NCBI GenBank assembly: GCA_030599585.1
Contig: JAUVNS010000003.1
Span: 1 to 64,000 of the forward strand
Source: Promethearchaeota archaeon
GTDB lineage: Archaea > Asgardarchaeota > Lokiarchaeia > Sigyniarchaeales > SOKP01
DNA: 64,000 nt
Reading direction: 5' to 3'
Shown piece after piece: positions 21,062-30,248 of this stretch. The notes beneath the pieces were generated by a model. It saw only the letters and a list, made by a program, of their open reading frames with translations. It searched no databases and was not told the DNA's origin. A program made the position numbers and the translations under genes. The stretch's first letter is position 1; every line of letters starts with the position of its first letter.

Positions 21062-22334
21062 AAATCTCTACTTGAAACGCTTATTCCATACTTATTACAA
21101 GGAGAAGGCTAGTACTTTACCTCAAGTTAGCTTCATAGATAAAAGAGAATTTGCTAGCATTCCATGGGAACATTTCTATATGGAGCGGCATACAGGTTTA
21201 AATGACAAAAATATTTTAACTCAATATATTATTGATAGAAGCCCGAAACATTTTTATTATAGCGGATCTCTTTATTTGCAACCTGATAACAAGAATATGG
21301 AAAATAAAGGTTATCAGGGCTGTGATTTTATCATCGACATCGATGTCGATCATTTTTTCACTCCATGTAAAAATAGACACGATTATTGGCGTTGTAAAAA
21401 TTGCGATACTTCTGGCAAGGGAATGATCACTAAATGTCCAAAATGCAAGAGTAAAAAATTGAAAACTTTAAGTTGGATATGCGAAAGTTGTTTAAATAAA
21501 GCGAAAGAAGAAATACTGAAAATAATTTATGATTTTTTAATACCTGATTTTAATATCAGCGATAAAGACATGAATATAGCCTTTTCAGGACATCGTGGAT
21601 ACCACTTGAAAATTGAAAATGAAAAAATGAGGGGTTTAAGTGGTGAAGATCGTAGAGAAATTGCTAATTATTTAACTGGTGAAAATATATCATTAGATAT
21701 CCTGGGAATTCAAGAAAAGGAGGGTGTAATTTATGGACTTTCAAAAGAAAGTATTGGTTGGCCATCAAAAATCATTACGAAAATTGAAGAATTTCTTTTA
21801 AAACCAATTCCAGAAATAGAAGCATTCTTATTAGATAAGAACTATGTAGGATTTGGTCCTAATTTAGTTAAAGCTTTTATTAATTCAAAAGATGATTTTT
21901 ATGAGATTTTAACCAGGCAAGATCACAATATTTGGTTTATCAATGATTTTGGCAAAGCAAGATGGTTCAAGTTCTTAAATGGAATGATCGCTGACATTGG
22001 AGCTGAAATTGATATACCAGTAACAGTTGATATCCATAGACTCATTAGATATCCTGGATCTTTACACGGGAAGACAGGTTTTAAGGTTCAAGAGCTTACT
22101 TTAAATGAATTGAAGAATTTTAATCCTCTAGATGAAAAGAACGAAAAATTAGATCCAATTGTCTTTGAAGGAAAAAAAGATCTTACTCATAAACTAAAAA
22201 TCATTGAAAATACCACACCTATGACAAAAATCAAAGGTGAGCAATATGGCCCTTACAAGAATGGAGAAATAATAGAAGTTCCTCACCATATCGCAGTATT
22301 TTTATTGTGTAAAGGAGTTGCTAAAACGATTTAG
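21054..22334 (+). CDS. priS: DNA primase small (catalytic) subunit with C-terminal GINS-B-like domain
   Basis: DIDVD, FSGHRGYH, IDIPVTVDIHRLIRYPGSLHGKTG; Zn-ribbon insert; C-terminal YGPYKNGEIIEVP. Confidence 0.95.
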   Translation: MNENLYLKRLFHTYYKEKASTLPQVSFIDKREFASIPWEHFYMERHTGLNDKNILTQYIIDRSPKHFYYSGSLYLQPDNKNMENKGYQGCDFIIDIDVDHFFTPCKNRHDYWRCKNCDTSGKGMITKCPKCKSKKLKTLSWICESCLNKAKEEILKIIYDFLIPDFNISDKDMNIAFSGHRGYHLKIENEKMRGLSGEDRREIANYLTGENISLDILGIQEKEGVIYGLSKESIGWPSKIITKIEEFLLKPIPEIEAFLLDKNYVGFGPNLVKAFINSKDDFYEILTRQDHNIWFINDFGKARWFKFLNGMIADIGAEIDIPVTVDIHRLIRYPGSLHGKTGFKVQELTLNELKNFNPLDEKNEKLDPIVFEGKKDLTHKLKIIENTTPMTKIKGEQYGPYKNGEIIEVPHHIAVFLLCKGVAKTI

Positions 22335-22395
22335 GATAAAATAATATTTGGTCCTATCCTTCATTATTATAACATATTTCAATTGTCTGAGACTT

Positions 22396-23085
22396 ATGGA
22401 TTTAAAAAAGGATTACGATAAACTTTATCAACATTGGCTTAATGAATTTGAGCAACCCGAATTGACTCATTTAACCCAAGAAATATTTGACAATTACAAA
22501 AAAAGTTTAAGCTACATCACCCAATATCAGATAGAGGAAAAACCCATAGTTGATTTGTCATTATTTAACTCATACAAGGAGCGTTTCACTTATTTATTTA
22601 ACGACTTCTTAAAAATTCGAGAAGTGAAAATACTTAATTTTGCTCTATCTCTTAAAGATATTGATCTAAATGATGTAATCGAAGCAGAGAAATTATTCTT
22701 TCAAAATTTAGTTAGCACGATTAAGGGATATAAAAAACTTAAAAAGCTTGCTCTCTACGATGATCAGAAACCACTTGAGCTGGAAGAGATTTTAATAGAC
22801 GATGAAAAACTTGATAATATCCCCCCTATAGAGGAATCCACTGAGGAATATTCAATTGAAACAAATAGTATCACTCAACTTAAAAAAGTAGAGAAGGATC
22901 AACCTTACCAAGAAAATAAATATAATTACACGCTTATTAGATTTAACGAGCCTTCTCCGCCTTTAGTAGGGATTGACCTTATTAATTATGGACCCTTTCA
23001 GGTAAATGATATTACTAATATGCCTTATAAGAATGCGAAAATCCTCATTTACGAAAAATTAGCAGAAAAAATCGAACTATCTTAG
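22396..23085 (+). CDS. GINS15/Gins51-type DNA replication protein
   Basis: Helical A-domain (KIREVKILNFA) plus B-domain VGIDLINYGPFQVNDITNMPYKNAKIL; follows priS. Confidence 0.85.
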   Translation: MDLKKDYDKLYQHWLNEFEQPELTHLTQEIFDNYKKSLSYITQYQIEEKPIVDLSLFNSYKERFTYLFNDFLKIREVKILNFALSLKDIDLNDVIEAEKLFFQNLVSTIKGYKKLKKLALYDDQKPLELEEILIDDEKLDNIPPIEESTEEYSIETNSITQLKKVEKDQPYQENKYNYTLIRFNEPSPPLVGIDLINYGPFQVNDITNMPYKNAKILIYEKLAEKIELS

Positions 23086-23273
23086 TTATTTTTATACCTT
23101 TTTTTAAACTCCTCTTTAAAGTATGCGAGTCGATACTTTGCATATTTATCGATAGGAGAGTATTTTGGAGGAAATGGGTTAACTAAAGTACCTTTACAGT
23201 GTTTACACACCGATTTTGTATTGATCAATCCATATTCTCCACAGTTACTACATTTTTGAAGGTATTTTGTCAT
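23082..23273 (-). CDS. nop10: H/ACA RNP protein Nop10
   Basis: CSNCGEY..CKHC..PPKYSPIDKYAKYR; follows aIF2alpha. Confidence 0.92.
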   Translation of the reverse strand: MTKYLQKCSNCGEYGLINTKSVCKHCKGTLVNPFPPKYSPIDKYAKYRLAYFKEEFKKRYKNN

Positions 23274-23301
23274 CGTTCTAGTTATAAAAAAATATTAAGT
23301 T

Positions 23302-24126
23302 TTAATCTCTAATAAATTCAAATGACCCATCAGTTTTTTGAGTGGATGATTCAAGAACTTCAAGAACATCTGAGAGAATACTTTCTGCGTCGATATAATC
23401 TTTAGTAACAATTTCTAATCTATAATAAGGCGCACCCAAATATGATAAACTTAATTTACGAGTTTCTACTGACTCTTCTATTACATTCACAACTCCATTC
23501 AAAGTTTCTTTTATTTTAATAATCCCATCCCCGCTTTTATTGATAAGTTTTATTTTACCAATTATATTTACCGTAGAAATCTCAACATTTTCATCTATAA
23601 TTTTCATAAAAGCATCTCTAACATTATCTGGAATGTCTGTAAGTTCGTTTAAAAGTTCCTCCCCTTCTTCTTTAAGTGCTTCAATAGCTTCTTGATAAAA
23701 ATCAAATTGTTCTTTTATAGGCCAGCCTATTGACTCGTAAGTTTGCTCTAAGGTTAGATCAATTCCCTCCGTTTCAGTTAAAAACTGCAGAAGAATCTCA
23801 AATTTATTAGCATATTTATGTTCTTTTGCTATCAAAGCTTTCTGGGCAGAATTGACGCGTCTTAAGGAGAGATCAATTTGTCCTTTTTCAGGAACAACTT
23901 TCACAACTCTCAATACTACTCTCTGACCGACTCTCACGATACTTCTAATATTCCTAACCCATCTACTTGAAATTTCACTAATATGGATCATTCCTCTTGC
24001 AGTTTCTTCTGATGGGAGACCATCGTAATCCGGCAAGTCCACATAAATATATTGTCTTTCGATATCGACAACGCGCGCCATGATAAACGCTCCTTCTTTA
24101 GGAAATGGATTTCTATTCTTGACCAT
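23302..24126 (-). CDS. eif2a: Translation initiation factor 2 alpha subunit
   Basis: S1 domain IHISEISSRWVRNI, KGQIDLSLRRV, YLGAPYY. Confidence 0.95.
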   Translation of the reverse strand: MVKNRNPFPKEGAFIMARVVDIERQYIYVDLPDYDGLPSEETARGMIHISEISSRWVRNIRSIVRVGQRVVLRVVKVVPEKGQIDLSLRRVNSAQKALIAKEHKYANKFEILLQFLTETEGIDLTLEQTYESIGWPIKEQFDFYQEAIEALKEEGEELLNELTDIPDNVRDAFMKIIDENVEISTVNIIGKIKLINKSGDGIIKIKETLNGVVNVIEESVETRKLSLSYLGAPYYRLEIVTKDYIDAESILSDVLEVLESSTQKTDGSFEFIRD

Positions 24127-24279
24127 GATAGCAACAAGCTTTTTTTTTTTTTTTTAATTACATTGTAATTTAACGAACTATAACTTTTTACTTTTATTAA
24201 ACAAATGTTAGAAAAAGGTTTTTTTTTACCATTCTCTATCAAATTTATAGTATAGAACAAAATAAAAAGTGATCTAAAA

Positions 24280-24735
24280 ATACCTAACTGGATCGTGCAT
24301 AGTAAATGGGCAAAAAAGGCGGGAATTGACGAATTTATCGCTGATTATGTAAATAGAAACATCGATTATGGAACTTCTTGGGCATTTGCTGAGAGTGATA
24401 AAGAATTTTCCGTAGATGAATACGAAAGTGCTGTAGCAAAGCAGCTGAATTATTTTCATCAGAAAGATTTAGAGGAGAAATATAACCACAATTCATATGT
24501 TAAAGCGTATTACTTGCATCACTTATTAGATTACTTTAAAGAAACGCGAATAAACATATATGAGATAAATGCCGTTTTCGATCAATTTTTAAAAGAAAAA
24601 ATAAAAACTGAAATCATAAATAAGGAAGGGAACAAAGTTAATTTCTCGAAAGAAATTCATCAAATTTTCGACTTTTTAAGAAAAAATAAAGAAGAATTAT
24701 ACTCAGATCTTAAAGGGGGATATTTTTCTAATTAG
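24280..24735 (+). CDS. Hypothetical protein, possible metal-binding helical hydrolase; start may be ATA 24280 rather than GTG 24295
   Basis: (I)PNWIVHSKWA...NRNID...YYLHHLLD; His/Asp spacing like Zn-dependent helical hydrolases. Confidence 0.5.
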   Translation: MPNWIVHSKWAKKAGIDEFIADYVNRNIDYGTSWAFAESDKEFSVDEYESAVAKQLNYFHQKDLEEKYNHNSYVKAYYLHHLLDYFKETRINIYEINAVFDQFLKEKIKTEIINKEGNKVNFSKEIHQIFDFLRKNKEELYSDLKGGYFSN

Positions 24736-24821
24736 AACATTTGAAAAGATAAATCAACTCTTACTCAATAAATCTATATAGTGCTTCCTTTCGAACTAAT
24801 GCTAGAATTTATAGTAAAAAA

Positions 24822-24865
24822 TATATATTTGATATCATTAAGGATTATATATTTGATATCATTAA
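24822..24865. promoter_or_regulatory. Perfect 20-bp direct repeat with palindromic core upstream of EF-1A
   Basis: tatatatttgatatcattaa at 24822-24841 and 24846-24865; core TGATATCA palindrome. Confidence 0.6.
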
Positions 24866-24936
24866 TCTAAAATTATATTTTATGATTTCATATTAAATTA
24901 TCAAACCTAATAATAAGTAGAGGAAATTGATTTAAA

Positions 24937-26265
24937 ATGCCAACTGATAAACCACATTTAAATTTGGTTGTAATTGGTCACATAGACCACGGTAAAAGCA
25001 CTATGATGGGCGCAATGCTCATTAAAACTGGAGCAGTAACCGACAGAGAAGCACGAGAACTTGAGAAGTTAGCAAAAGAATACGATAGAGAATCTTGGTC
25101 ATACGCATATGTCTTTGACAGATTAAAAGAAGAGCGAGCACGTGGTATTACTATTGATTTAGCTTTCCGGAAATTCGAAACTAATTCAAAATATTTCACT
25201 ATTATTGACGCTCCGGGTCATGCTGACTTCGTAAAGAACATGATCACCGGTGCCTCTCAAGCTGACGCCGCAATTTTAGTCGTTTCTGGTAAGAAAGGAG
25301 AAATGGAAGTCGGTGTAGCCGCAAATGGTCAAACTCGAGAACACGCTTATTTAGCCCAAACTCTAGGTGTTAAGCAATTAGTTGTAGCTGTTAATAAAGC
25401 AGACGCTTATGATTATAGCGAGCAGCGCTACAATGAAGTAAAAGACGCTGTCACTGATCTCTTAAAAAATATCGGTTTTCCAATTAAAAAAATTCCATTT
25501 GTACCTGTTAGCGGTATTAAAGCAGAGAACTTGACGGAAAAAATTGATAAGCTTTCATGGTACGACGGTCCAACCTTAATTGAAGCGATTGATTCCTTTG
25601 AACTTCCTCCAAAACCTACTGGCAAACCATTACGCATTCCAATTCAAGACGCATATAGTATTAAAGGTACTGGAGTTGTTCCTGTTGGACGAGTTGAAAC
25701 TGGGGTATTGAAGAAGAATGATAAAATTATTATCATGCCAACTGGTTTTGTAGGCGAAATAAGAAGCATCGAAATGCACCACGAAGAGCAAGAAACTGCC
25801 GAACCTGGCGATAACATCGGTTTTAGCATTAGAGGAATTTCTATGGCGGATGTTGGTCGTGGAGATGTCATGGGTCATCCGGATAATGTACCAACTGTAG
25901 TCACTCCAAAGGGGAACTGGACTGGACAAATAATTGTTATTTGGCATCCAACAGCAATTGCTCAAGGATACACCCCTGTAGTTCATGCTCATACAGCTCA
26001 AGTAGCTGCTAAGTTTATCGAGTTAAACAAAAAGTTAGATCAGAAGACTGGTGCCGTAATCGAGGACAATCCGAAATTTCTTAAAAAGAATGAGTCAGCA
26101 ATCGTCAAACTACAGCCAATCAAAAAGATTTGTATTGAAAAATACGAAGATTTTCCAGAGCTCGGCCGATTTGCAGTAAGAGATATGTCAAGAACATCTT
26201 GCGTAGGGATTGTGAGAGACCTTGAAGTAGGAGAATCAGAAGAATCAGAAGAATCAGAAGAATAA
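24937..26265 (+). CDS. tuf: Translation elongation factor EF-1 alpha
   Basis: GHIDHGKST, ERARGITID, DAPGHADF, NKAD, LGRFAVRDM. Confidence 0.98.
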   Translation: MPTDKPHLNLVVIGHIDHGKSTMMGAMLIKTGAVTDREARELEKLAKEYDRESWSYAYVFDRLKEERARGITIDLAFRKFETNSKYFTIIDAPGHADFVKNMITGASQADAAILVVSGKKGEMEVGVAANGQTREHAYLAQTLGVKQLVVAVNKADAYDYSEQRYNEVKDAVTDLLKNIGFPIKKIPFVPVSGIKAENLTEKIDKLSWYDGPTLIEAIDSFELPPKPTGKPLRIPIQDAYSIKGTGVVPVGRVETGVLKKNDKIIIMPTGFVGEIRSIEMHHEEQETAEPGDNIGFSIRGISMADVGRGDVMGHPDNVPTVVTPKGNWTGQIIVIWHPTAIAQGYTPVVHAHTAQVAAKFIELNKKLDQKTGAVIEDNPKFLKKNESAIVKLQPIKKICIEKYEDFPELGRFAVRDMSRTSCVGIVRDLEVGESEESEESEE

Positions 26266-26274
26266 GAAGAATAA
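26233..26274 (+). repeat. 9-bp tandem repeat spanning the EF-1A stop codon
   Basis: (gaatcagaa)x3 then gaataagaa, gaataa; encodes ESE-ESE-ESE-E-stop. Confidence 0.85.
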
Positions 26275-26453
26275 AGAATCTTTCTTTGATTTTTTTAATT
26301 AATATTTAATTTTACTTTATTTTTATTTACTTTTTTCTGCTAATCCAATTTCTATTAGTTTTATAACTTCATATTATGTGAATATTATTTTCATTTTTGT
26401 AAGATAATTTGCCTTTTCTAATTATCATAAATCATGGTTAGAAAGGGTTAATT

Positions 26454-26930
26454 TTGTTAACAACTAAGAAAAAGATATGCTTGATAGGGGAACAATCTGT
26501 GGGTAAAAGTTCACTGCTATCCTTATTACAGGGAAGAGAAGTCAAAAAAGAAAGAGTTCCTACCGTAGGTTTAGAAGTGGAAGACTCTCTCTTGAACGGT
26601 CAAAAATGTTCCGTTTGGGATTTAGGAGGTCAGAATAGGTTTAAGTTTATGTGGCAAGATTTTCTTAGGGGAGCCGGTTTAGCAGTGATCGTGTGTGATT
26701 CTACTGAAAAAAATGTAGAGCAGACAAAGGAAATCTATGATCGATTTGAACGTAGTTTAGGAACTAAAATCATAGCAATCGCAAATAAACAAGATCTACC
26801 GGGTGCCTTAAGTGCTAAAGAAATTCAGAAAAAGCTAGGCGGTATTAAAACTTACGGAATGTCAGCTATTAGACCAGAGTTACAACAAAGGATGAGAGAA
26901 ATATTAGAGTATGAGATTAATACTAACTAA
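26454..26930 (+). CDS. Arf-like small GTPase
   Basis: GEQSVGKSS, PTVG, WDLGGQ, ANKQDL, SAI. Confidence 0.9.
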   Translation: MLTTKKKICLIGEQSVGKSSLLSLLQGREVKKERVPTVGLEVEDSLLNGQKCSVWDLGGQNRFKFMWQDFLRGAGLAVIVCDSTEKNVEQTKEIYDRFERSLGTKIIAIANKQDLPGALSAKEIQKKLGGIKTYGMSAIRPELQQRMREILEYEINTN

Positions 26931-26949
26931 AACTCTTTTATTAATGTTA

Positions 26950-27510
26950 TCATAACGCTTTTCCTATTATATGAGCAAGGCGCACTGGTTCGGGGATTTT
27001 TGAATCGATGCAAACTTTTTGAAATAAAGAATTAACATCTTTATATGAAATTCCTTTAGAATGAAAAAACACTTTCGAAAGACCTCCCGCTGTTTCAGTT
27101 ACAGTTTCATATAGATTACCTGCATTTACTATTTTTCTTAATTTAGCTATGCTATTTTGAGGGAATTTTTTTAAAATCGCTTTTTTAACTGCATCAAGAT
27201 CCACTTCTTTTTCAGTTACAGCAATAATTGGTTTATTCGTAGCGTTGTAGACTTCTTCTAAATCAATTATATTAAAACCACCAAAAGTAATAGTATCAGT
27301 AAGTATGAATTGCACATGTTTTTCATTTTGCCTTACAAGATCGATTAGAACTTCCGTAGCATCGTCTCCATCAATAATAATTTCTTTTTTGACCATGCCA
27401 ACCATTCTCGTGCCTTGACAAACTATTCCAATTAAATCGGTAGATTTTGATTCAGAATTAAATTTAAATTTCGCATCATCTATTCCAATTGTTATCGGGA
27501 ATTCTTTCAT
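26950..27510 (-). CDS. DUF99 family protein (endonuclease V-like / endonuclease dU)
   Basis: IGIDD, DGDDAT, ITFGGFNIID, IPEPVRLAHII. Confidence 0.88.
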   Translation of the reverse strand: MKEFPITIGIDDAKFKFNSESKSTDLIGIVCQGTRMVGMVKKEIIIDGDDATEVLIDLVRQNEKHVQFILTDTITFGGFNIIDLEEVYNATNKPIIAVTEKEVDLDAVKKAILKKFPQNSIAKLRKIVNAGNLYETVTETAGGLSKVFFHSKGISYKDVNSLFQKVCIDSKIPEPVRLAHIIGKAL

Positions 27511-27512
27511 GC

Positions 27513-27965
27513 TTAGCTCTCGGGTAGAAACTTTTTAATGTGTAACAGCAGGTTAGTGAAAGCTATGGTTGCATTTTGAATTTCCTCGCTTCTATTGTAT
27601 AGGTCACCACTTAAAGAATCGGCGAGAAAATTAACCATATCCTTTATCGTCATTTTATCACGAAACCATATGTAAGCAATAAGAGCTTCAACGGTATCAG
27701 CAAAATCGTGAGCGTCTGCCCTACTTTTTGAAAATTTTTTCATGTCTGCCTTTTTTAGAGCTTCTGCCAGAATTTTTTTACTTACTTTTAATCCCGTTCG
27801 TATGCTCTTATTGTTTTTGTTAATTTTAGTTAAAAAAATAGATTTTGCTATTGAGTAAGTAAGATTAACAATACCGTCTCCTATTTTCGCTAACCCTTTA
27901 TCAGTCCCGATCGACTTACAAGTTAGAATAGAATTTATATCCTCTAACAAAAATTCATATGGCAT
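27513..27965 (-). CDS. Archaeal ribonuclease III-like protein
   Basis: DKGLAKIGDGIVNL and ADTVEALIAY RNase III-type signatures. Confidence 0.8.
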   Translation of the reverse strand: MPYEFLLEDINSILTCKSIGTDKGLAKIGDGIVNLTYSIAKSIFLTKINKNNKSIRTGLKVSKKILAEALKKADMKKFSKSRADAHDFADTVEALIAYIWFRDKMTIKDMVNFLADSLSGDLYNRSEEIQNATIAFTNLLLHIKKFLPES

Positions 27966-28025
27966 TAAGAATAGAAGATCAGTAATTTCTTATAAAGTTT
28001 TCATACAAATACAAAAAAGAGAGGT

Positions 28026-28514
28026 TTACATAAGTTTTTTAAATACTTTTTCGACTTTTCCAACTTCTGCTCTCAAGACTTCTATCGTTTTGTAAAGGAT
28101 TTCATTTATCTTATAACCATCCTCTAACCTAATAAATATTTCTGGAGGAACAAGTTTGGTGATTTTATACGCCGCCGAATTTACACCTTCCACTTCTAAT
28201 AAGAGTTGCACAAAAATGTTACAAAATCCATGCGATTGTCCTTCTACGGATAACACATAATCATCTTCTCTAGCACCTTCTTTTTTCATGGCTAAGGTTA
28301 GATATTTATAAGTTGGTTCTGGTTCTGGTTCAACTTCATAAGGTTCTTCTTCTTCTTCTTCTTCGTCAACAACATCTATAGCGACTGATTCTTCTTTTGA
28401 TTTTGAATCATTTGATACATCTGGATAGTGGCTTTCTACCTTTTCATCATCAAATAAGTCTTTATCGTCAGAATCTAATTTTTCTTCTTTCGGTTCAGCT
28501 TTTTTTTTTGCCAA
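28026..28514 (-). CDS. rpoL: RNA polymerase subunit L (Rpo11) with acidic N-terminal extension
   Basis: VEGQSHGFCN...VEGVNSAAYKI resembles RpoL GEDHTLGN...VEFAAY; in csl4 neighbourhood. Confidence 0.8.
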   Translation of the reverse strand: MAKKKAEPKEEKLDSDDKDLFDDEKVESHYPDVSNDSKSKEESVAIDVVDEEEEEEEPYEVEPEPEPTYKYLTLAMKKEGAREDDYVLSVEGQSHGFCNIFVQLLLEVEGVNSAAYKITKLVPPEIFIRLEDGYKINEILYKTIEVLRAEVGKVEKVFKKLM

Positions 28515-28596
28515 AATAATCCACCAAAACTAAGTTCTCTAATCTATAATTAAATAAATGTTTTTTGGTTTTAAAACAATAACAAGATAAGCATCT

Positions 28597-28818
28597 TTAT
28601 AAATATTGGTTAGCGAGCTCCCTTAATCTTTCACTGGCTAAATATTGAAGATCTCTCGGTCCAAATAACGTGATTTTTATTGCTTTTCCATCAACTTTAC
28701 AATTTATATTAAGATAATTTATTTTCTTTTGAACTTCTTCAAGAAATTTAACAAGATTCGCTAACTCTCCGCTTGAATTATAGAAATTTATAACTTTTCT
28801 TCCTCCACGGTTACCCAA
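28597..28818 (-). CDS. Small conserved-looking hypothetical protein (possibly DUF2067-like N-terminal fold)
   Basis: 73-aa ORF between csl4 and rpoL with GAGGA SD and TTG start. Confidence 0.5.
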   Translation of the reverse strand: MGNRGGRKVINFYNSSGELANLVKFLEEVQKKINYLNINCKVDGKAIKITLFGPRDLQYLASERLRELANQYL

Positions 28819-28881
28819 AGTAAATCCTCTTCGTAATTATTCCTATTAATCTAAACATGTGTTAAAAAGAAGTTAACTGAT

Positions 28882-29490
28882 TCAGTATCTTAAACTTTCA
28901 GAAACGCTTCCATAATCGCTAGCTAATTTCCTATTTTCAGTGCTTCCACATCGTGGACACTTTAACCTATTTTGGCCTATTTTCTCAAGAGTTGATCCAC
29001 ATATGCTACAATCAGCATGAATAACACCTAAATTATTACCTTTAGTGCTTAGGCTGTATTCACTTTGTTCCTGCTTAATAACTTTAGCTCTGACAATATC
29101 GGTAATTTGAAAAGCATCAGAAATTTTTTCAATAAATTTATGGGATATATGAGATACATGGATATTGCCGAAGTAAGAACTATTAAAGTGAACTTTATTA
29201 TTGATCGTAGCAAAACTAATTCCAACAGAATAAAGTCTTAGAAATTGAATTGTTCCTATTAGTATATCGTTAATTTTTATCGTTTTTCGATCTTCGTCGT
29301 GGTGACTTTTAATTTCTATAGCTCTTCGTTCTTTATCGATGCTGACTATTCCTGTTTTAGTGGCAAAAATTTGACCATCTCTTACATAAGTAGACTCTTT
29401 ATCAGGTAAGTATTCTTCCACAACGCCTAAATATTGACCTGTAAGAACTATTTCATTATTTTTTGCAGATTCATTCATAAATTTCAACAA
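28882..29490 (-). CDS. csl4: Exosome complex RNA-binding protein Csl4
   Basis: VLTGQYLGVVEEY, S1 domain IHVSHI...DIVRAKV, LGVIHADCSIC...CPRCG...RKLA. Confidence 0.93.
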   Translation of the reverse strand: MLKFMNESAKNNEIVLTGQYLGVVEEYLPDKESTYVRDGQIFATKTGIVSIDKERRAIEIKSHHDEDRKTIKINDILIGTIQFLRLYSVGISFATINNKVHFNSSYFGNIHVSHISHKFIEKISDAFQITDIVRAKVIKQEQSEYSLSTKGNNLGVIHADCSICGSTLEKIGQNRLKCPRCGSTENRKLASDYGSVSESLRY

Positions 29491-29594
29491 AAATCTTTTA
29501 ATTTCTCTATTTAATTATTATTAATTAAAATAATTAAATTTTTTCATAATTTTTCATAAAATAAATTATGAAGAACAGGTTTTAGGCGATTACT

Positions 29595-30242
29595 ATAAAC
29601 AAAAGAGATTTGATAACGTTACTTCAGCAAACTGAAGGATTTTCGAATCCTAATATTAAGTTAGAACAATATTGCATTGATGCAAAAAGTGCCGTTGACA
29701 TTGTTTTCTTCGCAGGAGTCGAATTTAACGATATCAAAAATCGATTGATTTTGGATTTAGGAGCTGGAACCGGAAGATTATCCATTGCGTGTGCGTATCT
29801 CCAAGCAAATTATGTATTAAGCGTAGACATAGATTTCAGTGCTTTGAAAATATTAAAAAAAAATATCAGAAATTATGGTTTAGAGGCTATTGTTTTCCCT
29901 ATTTGTTCTGATATAAATCACTTTGAACTTCTTCGAAATGTAAATCCCGATGGTTTTTATATCACTACTATTATGAATCCTCCTTTTGGAGTCCAAAAAA
30001 AAACTGCGGATCGCTCTTTTTTAGCGAAAGCTTTTAACATCTCACATGTTGTATATTCGATACATCTTGCAAATCCAAACGTACACCAATTTATCTCGAC
30101 ATACGTAAAAAAATTTAATTGGGCGATCGATTATGTGTTTCCCTATCATTTGAAACTTGCTAAGACATACAAATTTCACAAACAAAAAACTAAATCAATT
30201 AATGTCAACATTTATAGATTTAAAAGAAAAAAAGAGAGTTAA
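29595..30242 (+). CDS. METTL5-family N6-adenine RNA methyltransferase; start may be ATA 29595 (or TTG 29610)
   Basis: LEQY, LDLGAGTGRL, MNPPFG, VVYSIH. Confidence 0.88.
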   Translation: MNKRDLITLLQQTEGFSNPNIKLEQYCIDAKSAVDIVFFAGVEFNDIKNRLILDLGAGTGRLSIACAYLQANYVLSVDIDFSALKILKKNIRNYGLEAIVFPICSDINHFELLRNVNPDGFYITTIMNPPFGVQKKTADRSFLAKAFNISHVVYSIHLANPNVHQFISTYVKKFNWAIDYVFPYHLKLAKTYKFHKQKTKSINVNIYRFKRKKES

Positions 30243-30248
30243 GAAAAA

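Noticed and set aside
24822-24895. CRISPR array
   Set aside because: Only two exact copies with a 4-nt gap; no spacers and no cas genes
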